DNA of 64,000 nucleotides from an uncultured Fibrobacterota bacterium (lineage in GTDB: Bacteria; Fibrobacterota; Chitinivibrionia; Chitinivibrionales; FEN-1185), in assembly GCA_963729895.1 (NCBI GenBank), contig CAVSQB010000022.1, positions 32,001 to 96,000 of the forward strand. Reading direction: 5' to 3'. Numbering within the stretch: position 1 is the first letter of the stretch; every line of letters begins with the position of its first letter. The position numbers were made by a program, and so were the translations under genes. This document shows, one piece after another, positions 1-10,517 of this stretch. The notes beneath the pieces were generated by a model. The model worked only from the letters and a program-made list of their open reading frames with translations, had not been told where the DNA came from and made no database searches.

Positions 1-2
1 AG

Positions 3-806
3 GATCCGCAGCGGCCCATCGGAAGTTTTATATTCCTCGGCCCCACCGGCGTAGGAAAGACCGAGCTTGCGCGCAGCCTTGCCTTCAATCTGTTCGACGA
101 CGAACACGCCATGATCCGCATCGACATGTCGGAATACATGGAAAAGCACACCGTATCGAGGCTCATCGGCGCGCCACCCGGCTATGTCGGCTATGAGGAA
201 GGCGGCCAGCTTACCGAGGCAGTCAGGCGCAAGCCCTACAGCGTCATCCTCTTTGACGAAATCGAGAAGGCGCATCCAGACGTGTTCAATGTGCTTCTGC
301 AAATCCTGGATGACGGACGCGTCACGGATTCGCATGGTCATGTTGTCAATTTCAAAAACACGATCATCATCATGACCTCCAACATCGGTTCCCCTCACAT
401 CGTGGAGGCGAACAACCGGGACCACGAGGCCATCAAGAAAACCGTGCTGGGCGAGCTCAAAAATCATTTCAAGCCGGAATTCCTCAACCGCGTTGACGAG
501 ATCGTCGTTTTTCACGCGCTTTTGCAGGACGATATTCTCAAAATCGTCGATATCCAACTCAAACGGTTTGCGGAACTGCTTGAGAACCGTTCCATTTCGA
601 TCTCTGTTGACAAGCACGCCAAGCTGGCGCTCGCACGGACCGGGTTCGATCCGGTATACGGCGCCAGACCGCTCAAACGGGCCATTCAACGCGAGCTCGA
701 AACGCCGATATCCAGGCTGCTGGTGTCAGGAGAGTTGACCGACGGGAATACGATCAGGGTGTCTGCGGAGAACGATCGGCTTGAATTCACAATCAAGAGC
801 GCCTAG
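3..806 (+). CDS. clpB: ClpB/ClpC-family AAA+ chaperone, C-terminal part (5' truncated by window)
   Basis: Frame opens upstream of the listed [26 protein letters not shown] (Walker A of NBD2), then [41 protein letters not shown] and [10 protein letters not shown]. Confidence 0.9.
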   Translation, partial: DPQRPIGSFIFLGPTGVGKTELARSLAFNLFDDEHAMIRIDMSEYMEKHTVSRLIGAPPGYVGYEEGGQLTEAVRRKPYSVILFDEIEKAHPDVFNVLLQILDDGRVTDSHGHVVNFKNTIIIMTSNIGSPHIVEANNRDHEAIKKTVLGELKNHFKPEFLNRVDEIVVFHALLQDDILKIVDIQLKRFAELLENRSISISVDKHAKLALARTGFDPVYGARPLKRAIQRELETPISRLLVSGELTDGNTIRVSAENDRLEFTIKSA

Positions 807-815
807 GTCGCCGTT

Positions 816-1982
816 ATGATGACCGTGATTTCCGGCAACCGGGTTCCCATCAAGTCGTGGTGCTCCGCGGTCGAACCCGGCGCGCTGGAGCAGGCCGTGC
901 ATTTGACCTGGCTCCCGTTTGTCTACGGCCATGTGGCGCTTATGGCCGACTGCCACGAAGGGTTCGGCATGCCGATAGGCGGGGTGATCGCCTGCAAAGA
1001 CACCATGGTGCCCAATGCGGTGGGCGTGGACATCGGCTGCGGCATGTGCGCGGTGAAAACCGACATCCCTGCTTCGTCGATCGATTCCGACACGGTCCGC
1101 ACCATGCTCAACCGCATGCGCGCAATTATTCCCCTGGGGTTCGATCACCATGCAAAAACCCAGAACTGGAAGGGTTTCGACGCCGCGCCGGATCTGCCGG
1201 TGATCGTCCGGGAGCTCGGCTCTGCGAGAAAGCAGATCGGCACGCTCGGCGGCGGCAATCATTTCATCGAGATTCAGACGGGCGATGACGGCTGGGTGTG
1301 GCTCATGGTGCACAGCGGAAGCCGCAACTTTGGGTACAAAATCGCCCGGGAGTTTCACGCGAAAGCGCTCACCTACTGCCGGCAGCGTAATTTTGAATTG
1401 CCGGACAACGACCTCGCGTTCCTGCCCATGGACGCGCAAATCGCCCGGGACTACAAGTCGGCCATGGACTTCGCCCTTTCTTTTGCCGCGGAGAACCGCA
1501 GGCAAATCAAGGAGACGTGCGGCCGGATCATTCAATCCGAGACCGGGTGTTCCCTTTTGCATGAGATTAACATTCACCATAATTTTGCGGCTCAGGAAAT
1601 GCATTACGGCAGGACCCTTGTGGTGCACCGTAAAGGGGCGACTCGCGCAAACAAAGGAATGGAAGGAATCATCCCCGGCAGCATGGGAACGTCGTCATAC
1701 ATTGTTCGCGGGCTGGGCAATCCGGAGAGTTTCGAATCGTGCTCCCACGGGGCTGGAAGGGTGATGGGAAGAAACGAGGCGAACCGCAGGCTCACCTACG
1801 AGCAGGTAAGGCAATCAATGAAAGGAATCGTGTTTGACTCGTGGCCGCGCGGCAGGAAAGGGAAAATCGATCTCAGCGAGGCACCCCAGGCCTATAAGGA
1901 CATCGATGCGGTAATCGAAGCGCAGAAAGACCTTGTCGAAGTGGTGGTGAAGCTGCGGCCGCTGGGAGTGGTGAAGGGTTGA
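816..1982 (+). CDS. rtcB: RtcB-family RNA ligase (3'-phosphate/5'-OH)
   Basis: Motifs DCHxGFGMPIG, VGVDIGCG, GTLGGGNHFIE, HSGSR, HHN, HRKGA, PGSMG, SHGAGR, EAPQAYKDI. Confidence 0.95.
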   Translation: MMTVISGNRVPIKSWCSAVEPGALEQAVHLTWLPFVYGHVALMADCHEGFGMPIGGVIACKDTMVPNAVGVDIGCGMCAVKTDIPASSIDSDTVRTMLNRMRAIIPLGFDHHAKTQNWKGFDAAPDLPVIVRELGSARKQIGTLGGGNHFIEIQTGDDGWVWLMVHSGSRNFGYKIAREFHAKALTYCRQRNFELPDNDLAFLPMDAQIARDYKSAMDFALSFAAENRRQIKETCGRIIQSETGCSLLHEINIHHNFAAQEMHYGRTLVVHRKGATRANKGMEGIIPGSMGTSSYIVRGLGNPESFESCSHGAGRVMGRNEANRRLTYEQVRQSMKGIVFDSWPRGRKGKIDLSEAPQAYKDIDAVIEAQKDLVEVVVKLRPLGVVKG

Positions 1983-1989
1983 GAAGAGC

Positions 1990-2080
1990 CCCCTAAATCC
2001 CCCGAAGGGGGACTTATCGGAAGAATCGCCCAAATAATGAATTGCACTCTTTGTAAGTCCCCCTTCGGGGGATTTAGGGG
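1990..2080. repeat. REP/REPIN-like inverted repeat between convergent genes (may also act as a bidirectional terminator)
   Basis: 27-bp perfect inverted arms cccctaaatcccccgaagggggactta (1990-2016) and its reverse complement (2054-2080), 37-bp spacer; each arm is itself palindromic (tccccc-gaa-ggggga). Confidence 0.8.
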
Positions 2081-2094
2081 CTGCTGTCTGCAGT

Positions 2095-2640
2095 TCAGAA
2101 CCTCGCCTCGGTAATCACTTCGCCGTTCTCGCCCAGAAACCGAAGATAATAGGTTGCAAAATACGGATCGCCCTGTGCCGCGACGCAGATAAACGCGGTA
2201 TACGATTTTCCGGATTCAAGCGGATTTCCCGCCAGGGGATTTGAGGCAAAATCGCCTCTGAGCGCCTGTCCCTGCCCGAGCGCTTGTGCCGCGGCCCCGG
2301 GGCTCATGATGGTCCTGGCGGGGTTTCCCGACCCGTCAAGCACCAGCAGGTGCGCGCTGTCGGTGCGCAAGGGCCGCGCGCCGTTGTTTTCAATCTTCAC
2401 CGCAAACACGCCGATGTTCCGTTTGACCGAGGCCTTGTACGCCGGGGTGTTTCCGGTTTCGTACAGGGGCTGTTTGGAGGCCGACACGGTGATGCCCGCA
2501 TCGGGCTTGCTCTGCCAGCATTTTTTGTATTCCAAATCGCTCAACGTGATAAGCCGGTAACTTCCGGCGCAGCCCACCATGATGGGCAACGCGGCAAGCA
2601 CAAGGCTCCCGCGAACAAAAAACGCGTTACAGCGTTTCAT
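2095..2640 (-). CDS. Hypothetical lipoprotein
   Basis: Basic N-terminus, hydrophobic stretch and lipobox-like MVGC; start overlaps cutA stop. Confidence 0.65.
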   Translation of the reverse strand: MKRCNAFFVRGSLVLAALPIMVGCAGSYRLITLSDLEYKKCWQSKPDAGITVSASKQPLYETGNTPAYKASVKRNIGVFAVKIENNGARPLRTDSAHLLVLDGSGNPARTIMSPGAAAQALGQGQALRGDFASNPLAGNPLESGKSYTAFICVAAQGDPYFATYYLRFLGENGEVITEARF

Positions 2641-2941
2641 GTGAAATCCATTTTAAGAATGCCGGATTGCCTTTGATAATGGGGAAAGCCACGATGCAGG
2701 GGCATTCGTAGCTGTGAAGCTCCCGGGCGCGCGCGACGGCCTTGGCCGCCAGCGACTCCTTTGTCTTGACGGTCAGCAGCGCTTCGGAACCCTGTTCGAG
2801 TTTCCCCTTCCACCGGTAGACGGATTCTATTTTATCAATTATGTTTGCGCACGCGGCGAGACGTTCCTTGACGAGCGCGGTCCCGATTTTCTTCGCTTCA
2901 CCGGCGTCCCGCGCGGTGATATACAGCATAACGGTCTTCAT
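2627..2941 (-). CDS. cutA: Divalent-cation tolerance protein CutA
   Basis: 104 aa; LVKERLAACANI, SVYRWKG, HSYECPCI motifs. Confidence 0.93.
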   Translation of the reverse strand: MKTVMLYITARDAGEAKKIGTALVKERLAACANIIDKIESVYRWKGKLEQGSEALLTVKTKESLAAKAVARARELHSYECPCIVAFPIIKGNPAFLKWISHETL

Positions 2942-3034
2942 TCGGCGTTCCTTGGTATGGAAAAACTATATCGTGCGGGAGGCGGCGGCGATACGGGCTG
3001 GCCCCGGCTCGCCGGAAAAACACCCCTGTCGCGC

Positions 3035-3403
3035 TTACCGGAGTTTTTCCTGCTGCTCCGAAATTATTTTTGCCAGGGCGCGCAGGGGCACGGGTTTCTC
3101 GAAAAACGTGGCGTCGAGTTTCTGCAGTTTCTCTTCGGCGATTTCCGAAACATAGCCGGAAATCATGACCTTCTTCACCCGCGGGGGAGCCGACTCCATG
3201 AGCTGGAGGCCGTTAAAGCGGGGCATCTTATAATCGGTTATGAGAACGTCAACGGGGTTGCGCGCAATAAAGTCCTTTGCGACGACGGAGTCGTTGAACG
3301 TATGTATCCGAACTTCCTGAGCAATGCACAAGATGAAGGTCTTCAGGAGTTCGGTAATCTGTTCCTCGTCGTCGACCACGACGACTTCGAGCTTGCGGTT
3401 CAT
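3035..3403 (-). CDS. Single-domain response regulator (receiver)
   Basis: VVVVDDE, DVLITDYKMPRFNG (phospho-Asp), ISG, EKP. Confidence 0.9.
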   Translation of the reverse strand: MNRKLEVVVVDDEEQITELLKTFILCIAQEVRIHTFNDSVVAKDFIARNPVDVLITDYKMPRFNGLQLMESAPPRVKKVMISGYVSEIAEEKLQKLDATFFEKPVPLRALAKIISEQQEKLR

Positions 3404-3583
3404 GTCCGCTGTCCTCTTTATGAAATATCCCGATAATGCTCTATTCTATCACTTATTCGACGGCAATGCAATGGTTTTCATCCGCGGCTTCCCCCCCGGC
3501 CTGCCGCCATACTACTACGTTGGAGGACAACCTTTTATGATGCAACTACCCGCCGGCTGCTTCCCGTTGCACAAGTTTTTGCC

Positions 3584-6500
3584 ATGAACCCGCCCACCGC
3601 ACCGGCAACGCTTCCAATTTACGAGAAGAGAGACGAGATCGTTGCGGCCATCCGGGCGTCTCAGGTCGTTATCGTTGCAGGCGAAACAGGATCCGGAAAG
3701 ACCACCCAGCTTCCACTACTGTGCCTTGAGGCCGGAAGCGGCCGTCATGGAAAAATCGGCATTACCCAGCCCCGCCGGATTGCAGCCACCTCGGTTGCGT
3801 CCTATATGGCATCGCAGCTCGGGTGCGGCCTCGGATCATTTGTCGGGTACAAAGTCCGGTTCAACGACAAGGAGTCTTCTGCAACGAAAATAAAGTTCAT
3901 GACGGACGGCATTCTTCTTCGTGAATTGCAGGCCGACCGGTTCCTGGAGCGCTACGACGCGGTCATCGTTGACGAAGTACACGAGCGCAGTCTCAATATC
4001 GATTTTCTCATCGGATACATCAAGCGGCTGCTTCCCCGGCGTCCCGACCTCCGTGTGCTTCTGTCGTCCGCCACGATCGACACCGCCCTGTTTTCCGCGG
4101 CCTTCAACAACGCGCCCGTCATCACGGTTGCCGGCAGGCCTTTTTCCATCGACATCCTGTATCATCCTTTGGAAACCTCGGACGACAAAGGCGCTTCGTT
4201 TGCGGAAGCGGCCGCCGGTGCGGCGCAGGAGCTCTTGGAATCGTCGGACGCCGGCGACATTCTGGTCTTTATGCCCACGGAACGCGACATTATCGAAACC
4301 AGGGACCTGCTCCGGGGTCGGGTTGAAGACCGCTGCCTCGTGTTGCCGCTGTTCGGAAGAATGCCCCTGTCGGAGCAGGCGGCCGTGTTCGGCCGTTTTG
4401 ACAAAAGAAAAATCGTGATTGCCACGAACATCGCCGAAACGTCGGTGACCGTTCCCAACATCCGTTTCGTTGTGGACCCGGGGCTCGCACGAGTCAAGCG
4501 GTACGATCAATCGGCGGGCATCACCCGTCTTGCGGTGGAGCCCATCTCGCAGGCAAGCGCCCGGCAGCGGGCGGGCAGATGCGGACGCGTGCAGGACGGC
4601 ATGTGCGTTCGGCTGTATGCGGAAGAAGATCTGCTGTCGCGGCCGGCCTTTACGCCGCCGGAGATTCAGCGGGCCAACCTAGGACAGGTGATTTTGTCAA
4701 TGGCATCGCTGGGTCTGGGGCCCGTCGAAGATTTTCCGTTTCTGGAACATCCCTCCCGCCAGGCAGTGTCGCAGGGATACCGCTCCTTGGTGGAACTCGG
4801 CGCCCTCGACGAGTCCAGGAACCTCACTGCAACAGGCAGGCACATGTCCCGGTTTCCGCTGGATCCCGCTCTGTCGAGGATGATCATCGAGGCGCACCGC
4901 CTGCAGTGCATCGGGGATCTGCTGGTTATTGCCTCCGGCCTGTGCGTGCAGGACATGCGCGTGCGGCCCCCGGACAAAAAGGAACTTGCGGATGCGGCGC
5001 ATGCGAGGTTTTGCGATCCCTTGTCGGATTTTCTGTTCTATATGAAACTCTGGGACGGCTGCGGCTTCTCAACACATGAAAACATGTCCCTTGCACGGCT
5101 CAGGAAATTCTGCAAAGAACATTTTCTCTCGTTTACCCGCATGCGCGAGTGGCGGGACGTTTACGATCAACTTTCCAGCGTTGTACCGCACACGGCCGAC
5201 CGGACACGGGTCGGTCCGGCAACGTACGAACAGATCCATCGCAGCATTGCTGCAGGGTTCATTTCCCATGTCGGCAGGAAAAACGAGGATGGTTCGTACC
5301 ATGTCGCCAAGGACCGCACGTCGGCCATTTTCCCCGGCTCATCGCTCTACAAGAAAAAGCCGGACTGGATCGTGTCGTGCGAGCTCGTGGAAACGTCGCG
5401 TGTGTATAGCCGCACCTGCGCGTCCATCGATCCTCTGTGGCTCGAATCGCTTGCACCCCATCTTTGCAAACACCGGTACCGCGAGGTTTTTTTCGACGGG
5501 GAGACCGGCGGGGTGAAAGCCAAAGAAACCGTTACCCTGTTCGGACTCACCATAATTGCCGGAAGAACCATAGGATATGGCCGGATAAATCCACGCGAAG
5601 CAACGGAGGTCTTTATCCGGGAAGGGCTCTGCGCAGGCAGGCTCATTTCCTCTCACAAGTTTTACTCGCACAACAGGAAACTCTGTGAGCGCATCGAGTC
5701 TTTTGAGAAAAAGGTCCGCGCGGGCGGCGTGTTTGCAGGTTATGATGCGGTGTTCTCATTCTACAAGGCCCGCCTGGAATGCGTGACATCGGTTCACGAG
5801 CTCAACGCCCTTATTCACAAGCGCGGTTCGGATGAGTTCCTTTTCATGAAGGATTCGGATGTTGTTCTGGGAAATCGCGATTCTCAGGCCGGGCTTTTTC
5901 CGGACGCCGTTACCATCGGCAACGCCGAGTTCCCGATTCTTTACGAATTCGATCCTTCGTCGGAACTCGACGGCGCCGCCGTCCGAGTCCCTTCGCGAGA
6001 ACTGGCATTTCTGAATGAAACGGTTTTCGATTGGGTCGTGCCCGGCCTGCATGAGCCGCGCATCCGGTTCCTTCTGGAAAGCCTGCGAAAATCAATCAAA
6101 CACCAAGGCGGTTCCGTTTCGGAAACGGCGCAGCAGATTGCCTTATCGCTTGTCTACACGGGACAAGATTTTCTGGAGAGCGTTTGCGCATTCGCAACAG
6201 AATTGTACGGAATAGTGATTGATCCGCACTCATTGCCTATTTCCGATCTTCCGCCTCATCTCATGGTAAAGGTTATCGTTGAGAAAGGTGAGGGGGAAAT
6301 AGACGGCGGAAATGGAGAGTCCTGGAAGAAAAGTGCGGACCAATGGACGAAAACGGACATACGTTCCTGGAATTTCGGCGACCTGACGCAGAAGGTGGAA
6401 ATGATCCGCCCCGATTACGGATTTCCGGTTTTCGGATATCCGTCTCTGCTCGCAAAAGACGGCCGCGTGGATTGCATTGTTTTCACTTCGCCGGAAGAAC

Positions 6501-7249
6501 AATCTCAGAATCATTCAAACGGGGTAAAGCGCCTTGCCGAGATCTGTCTGGAAAAGGACCTGGCCTGGCTTGAAAAGAATTTGATGTTCGACAGAAAGCT
6601 CATGGCCTCGATTGTTCCACAGGATAAGGCCGGCCGCCTTACGGAAATCCTTTGTTCGCTGGTGACGGATCATTGCTTTTCGACCGAGAATCTATCTTTG
6701 TGGAAGAAATCGTCATTTGAAGGGATCGTCAAGAAGGCAAGTGCCGAGCTTTGCGCACAAGGAAAAAAGCTTAGCGAGGTGATTCCTGCCGTATTTTCAA
6801 CCTATTTCGAATTGCGTTCACTGCTAAAGGCAAAGCTAAGAACCTATAATTCAAAAAGTTATGTTATCGCCGCCGATGATCTCCAGAATGAATTGCGTGC
6901 ATATCTCGACCGCCTCTTCAACAAGACGCTGAATTTTGACATGCTTCTGCAATATCCAAGATATTTGAAAGCATTTGCGCTCAGAATCAACCGCGTATTC
7001 TCCGACGTGGGCAAATACTCTTCAAGATACAGAGAGGCTATGCCCTACTTTGAGAAATCAGGTGCGCTTCTCGCAAAAGCCGCCGGCTATTCACCGGAAG
7101 ATCGAAATTGTGCGCTCGATTTTTGCATGATGGTGGAAGAATTCAAGATTTCTCTCTTTGCCCAGCAGGAAATCAAAACAATCTTCCCGGTTTCGCAAAA
7201 ACGACTCGATGAAAAACTTGCGGAATTGAAAAATCATCGCTTGATTTGA
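3584..7249 (+). CDS. hrpA: ATP-dependent RNA helicase HrpA
   Basis: 1221 aa; GETGSGKTTQLP, TQPRRIAA, DEVHERS, SAT, ATNIAETS, QRAGRCGR; C-terminal MVEEFKISLFAQ typical of HrpA. Confidence 0.93.
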   Translation: MNPPTAPATLPIYEKRDEIVAAIRASQVVIVAGETGSGKTTQLPLLCLEAGSGRHGKIGITQPRRIAATSVASYMASQLGCGLGSFVGYKVRFNDKESSATKIKFMTDGILLRELQADRFLERYDAVIVDEVHERSLNIDFLIGYIKRLLPRRPDLRVLLSSATIDTALFSAAFNNAPVITVAGRPFSIDILYHPLETSDDKGASFAEAAAGAAQELLESSDAGDILVFMPTERDIIETRDLLRGRVEDRCLVLPLFGRMPLSEQAAVFGRFDKRKIVIATNIAETSVTVPNIRFVVDPGLARVKRYDQSAGITRLAVEPISQASARQRAGRCGRVQDGMCVRLYAEEDLLSRPAFTPPEIQRANLGQVILSMASLGLGPVEDFPFLEHPSRQAVSQGYRSLVELGALDESRNLTATGRHMSRFPLDPALSRMIIEAHRLQCIGDLLVIASGLCVQDMRVRPPDKKELADAAHARFCDPLSDFLFYMKLWDGCGFSTHENMSLARLRKFCKEHFLSFTRMREWRDVYDQLSSVVPHTADRTRVGPATYEQIHRSIAAGFISHVGRKNEDGSYHVAKDRTSAIFPGSSLYKKKPDWIVSCELVETSRVYSRTCASIDPLWLESLAPHLCKHRYREVFFDGETGGVKAKETVTLFGLTIIAGRTIGYGRINPREATEVFIREGLCAGRLISSHKFYSHNRKLCERIESFEKKVRAGGVFAGYDAVFSFYKARLECVTSVHELNALIHKRGSDEFLFMKDSDVVLGNRDSQAGLFPDAVTIGNAEFPILYEFDPSSELDGAAVRVPSRELAFLNETVFDWVVPGLHEPRIRFLLESLRKSIKHQGGSVSETAQQIALSLVYTGQDFLESVCAFATELYGIVIDPHSLPISDLPPHLMVKVIVEKGEGEIDGGNGESWKKSADQWTKTDIRSWNFGDLTQKVEMIRPDYGFPVFGYPSLLAKDGRVDCIVFTSPEEQSQNHSNGVKRLAEICLEKDLAWLEKNLMFDRKLMASIVPQDKAGRLTEILCSLVTDHCFSTENLSLWKKSSFEGIVKKASAELCAQGKKLSEVIPAVFSTYFELRSLLKAKLRTYNSKSYVIAADDLQNELRAYLDRLFNKTLNFDMLLQYPRYLKAFALRINRVFSDVGKYSSRYREAMPYFEKSGALLAKAAGYSPEDRNCALDFCMMVEEFKISLFAQQEIKTIFPVSQKRLDEKLAELKNHRLI

Positions 7250-7455
7250 GTTTGGACAAAAGGCTGAACAATCCACTTTGAGCTGGTACTTTTTTTGCTT
7301 TTGATTTAGTACGCCGGGTGAAACCGTCCGCAATGTGCCGGCGGCCAACAATTATCATTATACTTAACTCCGGATTTTTCAAAACATTTATATTACCTTG
7401 ATCGCGCCAACCGCGAAACATTTTCGTGTTTCGCCCAACTCGACGGAGACGGACC

Positions 7456-9285
7456 ATGTGCGGAATAGTCGGTTACATTGGCAAACGCGAAGCGTTTCCC
7501 GTTCTTATCGAAGGTCTCCAGGCGCTTGAATACCGGGGATACGACAGCGCCGGCATCGCCCTTTTCGACAAGGGCAATCTTGTCGTATGGAAACACAAGG
7601 GCAAAGTTGCGCAACTCAAAGTTCTCGCGGAAAAGAAGGCCAAAAACGGCTCCACGATCGGCATTGCGCACACTCGATGGGCAACGCACGGAGTTCCTTC
7701 CCAAGCCAACGCTCATCCGCACATGGATGCGGCAAACAAGATCGCACTGGTCCACAACGGCATCATAGAAAATTACGCCATCCTCAAGGAGAGGCTCAAG
7801 AAAGAGGGAGTGGAATTCCGGTCGGAGACGGACACGGAAGTGCTCGCCCAGCTTGTCGGCAAATACTACAAAGGCGACCTCGTGGGCGCGGTGTCCCAAG
7901 CGCTGGCGGACGTGGACGGCACCTTCGGCATTGCCGTGATCGCAAAGGACAATCCCGACGTCCTGGTCGGCGCGCGGCGCGGTTCACCGCTCGTGGTCGG
8001 CGTCGGAGATGGAGAATATTTCCTCGCATCCGATGCAAGCGCCATCGTACGCTACACAAAGCGCGTCATCTACCTCAAGGATTCGAGCCTCGTGGTGCTC
8101 AACCGGCAGGACCACACCATCATGGACCTTGACAAAAAGGTCGTTGCGCACGAAATCCATCACATCGATTACACCGCCGAGGCGCTTGCAAAAGGCGGGT
8201 TCGCGCACTTCATGCTCAAGGAAATCTTCGAACAGCCGGACACCATCCGCAATGCCATGCGCGGACGCCTGCTCGTTGAGGACGGCAGCGCCCGGCTCGA
8301 CGGGCTCAACCTGGTGATGCAGCAATTGCGCCAGATCAACCGCATCATCTTTGTGGCGTGCGGCACCTCGTGGCACGCCGCGCTCGTGGGCGAGCACATG
8401 ATAGAAGAAATCGCGGGCGTGTCCGCAGAAGTCGAATACGCCTCGGAATTCCGGTACCGTAACCCGATTATCGACCCGCACACGCTCGTATTCGTCATCA
8501 GCCAATCCGGCGAAACCGCGGATACGCTTGCGGCACTGCGGGAAGCCGCGAACAAGGGCGCCACGGTGCTCGGCATTTGCAATGTGGTGGGCTCTTCCAT
8601 CGCGCGGGAGACTCACGGGGGCGTATACCTTCATGCCGGACCCGAAATCGGCGTCGCCTCGACCAAGGCATTCACGTCCCAGCTCACCGTGCTTGCCCTT
8701 CTCACCTTGCTTCTGGGACGAATGCGCAGGATATCCCACGACGAGGGAATTACGATTGCAAAAGCGTTGCAGGAAATACCTGATCAGGTGAAGAAAATCC
8801 TCAAGCAGAACTCGGCGATACGACAAATCGCCAAACGATATTCAAAACTCAACAATTTTATTTATCTTGGCCGCTCCTACAATTTCCCTGTTGCCCTCGA
8901 GGGCGCCCTCAAGCTCAAAGAGATTTCGTACATCCACGCCGAGGGCTATCCGGCGGCGGAAATGAAACACGGACCCATCGCGCTCATCGATAAAGACATG
9001 CCGAGCGTGGTGATTGCGCTCAAAGACAGCGTGTACGAAAAAGTGCTCTCCAATATCCAGGAAGTAAACGCGCGCGGCGGAAAGGTGATTGCCATTGCCA
9101 CCGAGGGTGACAAAAACATCAGAAAATATGCGGCGCATGTCATTTACGTGCCGCATACTATTCCCATGCTCAGCCCGCTCCTGTCGGTTATTCCTCTGCA
9201 GCTTTTGGCGTACCATATTGCGGCGATACGGAAGTGTGAAATCGATCAGCCGAGAAACCTTGCAAAAAGCGTGACCGTGGAGTGA
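7456..9285 (+). CDS. glmS: Glutamine--fructose-6-phosphate aminotransferase
   Basis: Starts MCGIVG (catalytic Cys), HTRWATHG, SQSGETADT, ends PRNLAKSVTVE. Confidence 0.98.
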   Translation: MCGIVGYIGKREAFPVLIEGLQALEYRGYDSAGIALFDKGNLVVWKHKGKVAQLKVLAEKKAKNGSTIGIAHTRWATHGVPSQANAHPHMDAANKIALVHNGIIENYAILKERLKKEGVEFRSETDTEVLAQLVGKYYKGDLVGAVSQALADVDGTFGIAVIAKDNPDVLVGARRGSPLVVGVGDGEYFLASDASAIVRYTKRVIYLKDSSLVVLNRQDHTIMDLDKKVVAHEIHHIDYTAEALAKGGFAHFMLKEIFEQPDTIRNAMRGRLLVEDGSARLDGLNLVMQQLRQINRIIFVACGTSWHAALVGEHMIEEIAGVSAEVEYASEFRYRNPIIDPHTLVFVISQSGETADTLAALREAANKGATVLGICNVVGSSIARETHGGVYLHAGPEIGVASTKAFTSQLTVLALLTLLLGRMRRISHDEGITIAKALQEIPDQVKKILKQNSAIRQIAKRYSKLNNFIYLGRSYNFPVALEGALKLKEISYIHAEGYPAAEMKHGPIALIDKDMPSVVIALKDSVYEKVLSNIQEVNARGGKVIAIATEGDKNIRKYAAHVIYVPHTIPMLSPLLSVIPLQLLAYHIAAIRKCEIDQPRNLAKSVTVE

Positions 9286-9680
9286 CCGGAGACCGAATGC
9301 AGGCTTCTTTCATCAACACGCCGAACGCACCCCAGCCGATCGGCCCGTATTCGCAGGCCGTGGGCGCCGGAGACTTCCTCTTTGTCTCGGGGCAGATACC
9401 CCTCGATCCGGCGACCGGGTCCGTTTCCGGCGATACCATAGCCCCGCAGGCGCGGCGGGCGCTGGGAAACCTCAAGGCCGTGCTCGCGTCCCAGTCGCTG
9501 GCCGCAAGCGCTCTTGTCAAGGCAACCGTTTTCCTTCGCTCCATGGCCGACTTTCCCGCGTTCAACGCCGTGTACGAGGAAGAACTTGCCGGGGCAAAGC
9601 CGGCGCGGTCGGTCGTCGAAGTGTCGGGACTTCCAAAGAACGTCCTGGTGGAAATAGAGGCCGTGGCATGCCGCAGGTAA
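9282..9680 (+). CDS. RidA/YjgF family enamine deaminase
   Basis: APQPIGPYSQAV, FVSGQIPLDP, PARSVVEVSGLP, VEIEAVA; start may be ATG 9297. Confidence 0.9.
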   Translation: MTGDRMQASFINTPNAPQPIGPYSQAVGAGDFLFVSGQIPLDPATGSVSGDTIAPQARRALGNLKAVLASQSLAASALVKATVFLRSMADFPAFNAVYEEELAGAKPARSVVEVSGLPKNVLVEIEAVACRR

Positions 9681-10483
9681 AACAGGAATATCTTGTAAAG
9701 CTTTCGCTGTTCGAGGGGCCGCTCGACCTGCTTCTTTACCTCGTGAGCCGGGCCGAGGTCGACATCACGCAAATCCAGGTGTCGCAGATCGCCCAGCAAT
9801 ATCTCGAATACCTCGACCTCATGCGCGAGCTCAACATCGACATTGCGGCGGAATACCTGTACATGGCAAGCACGCTTATCCGCCTCAAGGCCCGCGAGCT
9901 CCTGCCCCCTTCGGAACAGGAACCGATCCCTGCCGAGGAAGGGATTTACAACAGAGAGCAGCTTATCGCCCAACTCCTCGAGTACAAGAAATTCAAGGAG
10001 GCCGCCCATTCCCTGCGGCATTTTGAGGCCGAGCAGATCGGCTGCTTTGCCCGCGGAAACGCCGAACAGGTTACGCCGCTTTCCGCACCGGAGGAGGGTT
10101 TGGCGGCCGGTGCGGTGACCGTCTTCGACCTGATCACCGCGTTCAAACGCGTACTCGACCGGGCCTCAGCCGATACCGCCGCCCAGCAGGTGATCGGCCA
10201 CGACATGGTGCGTATCGACGACCGCATCGAACACGTGCTCGGCCTGATCGAGGCGGAGAGAGAAATCCCGTTTGAAGAACTGTTCGCCGACGACAGCCGC
10301 AGGATCGTCCGTGTGGTCACGTTCATGGCGATTCTGGAGCTTATCAAGATGCAGGAAATTTTCTTCCGGCAGGAAACCAGATTCGGCCGTATTTTCGTAA
10401 AGCGTCGCACGGAAAGAGAACCCCGCGCCGCGCCACAGGAACTCTCCGCACCTGTCGAACCTGATGTCGACAAAGGTGATTAG
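9668..10483 (+). CDS. scpA: Segregation and condensation protein A (SMC kleisin)
   Basis: FEGPLDLLLYL, AAEYLYMASTLIRLKARELLP, VVTFMAILEL. Confidence 0.93.
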   Translation: MPQVKQEYLVKLSLFEGPLDLLLYLVSRAEVDITQIQVSQIAQQYLEYLDLMRELNIDIAAEYLYMASTLIRLKARELLPPSEQEPIPAEEGIYNREQLIAQLLEYKKFKEAAHSLRHFEAEQIGCFARGNAEQVTPLSAPEEGLAAGAVTVFDLITAFKRVLDRASADTAAQQVIGHDMVRIDDRIEHVLGLIEAEREIPFEELFADDSRRIVRVVTFMAILELIKMQEIFFRQETRFGRIFVKRRTEREPRAAPQELSAPVEPDVDKGD

Positions 10484-10517
10484 GCCCGGCGAACGTGAAG
10501 TATCCGGTTATCATACC

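Noticed and set aside
2633..2648. Third parS (cgtttcatgtgaaatc)
   Set aside because: Four mismatches to the perfect sites, and it lies in a gene overlap; unsupported.
7250..7455. glmS ribozyme upstream of glmS
   Set aside because: The conserved AGCGCC...GACGAGG core was not found.
9668..10483. scpA without adjacent scpB; no jag between yidC and mnmE
   Set aside because: Both arrangements vary commonly and cannot be judged from one window.
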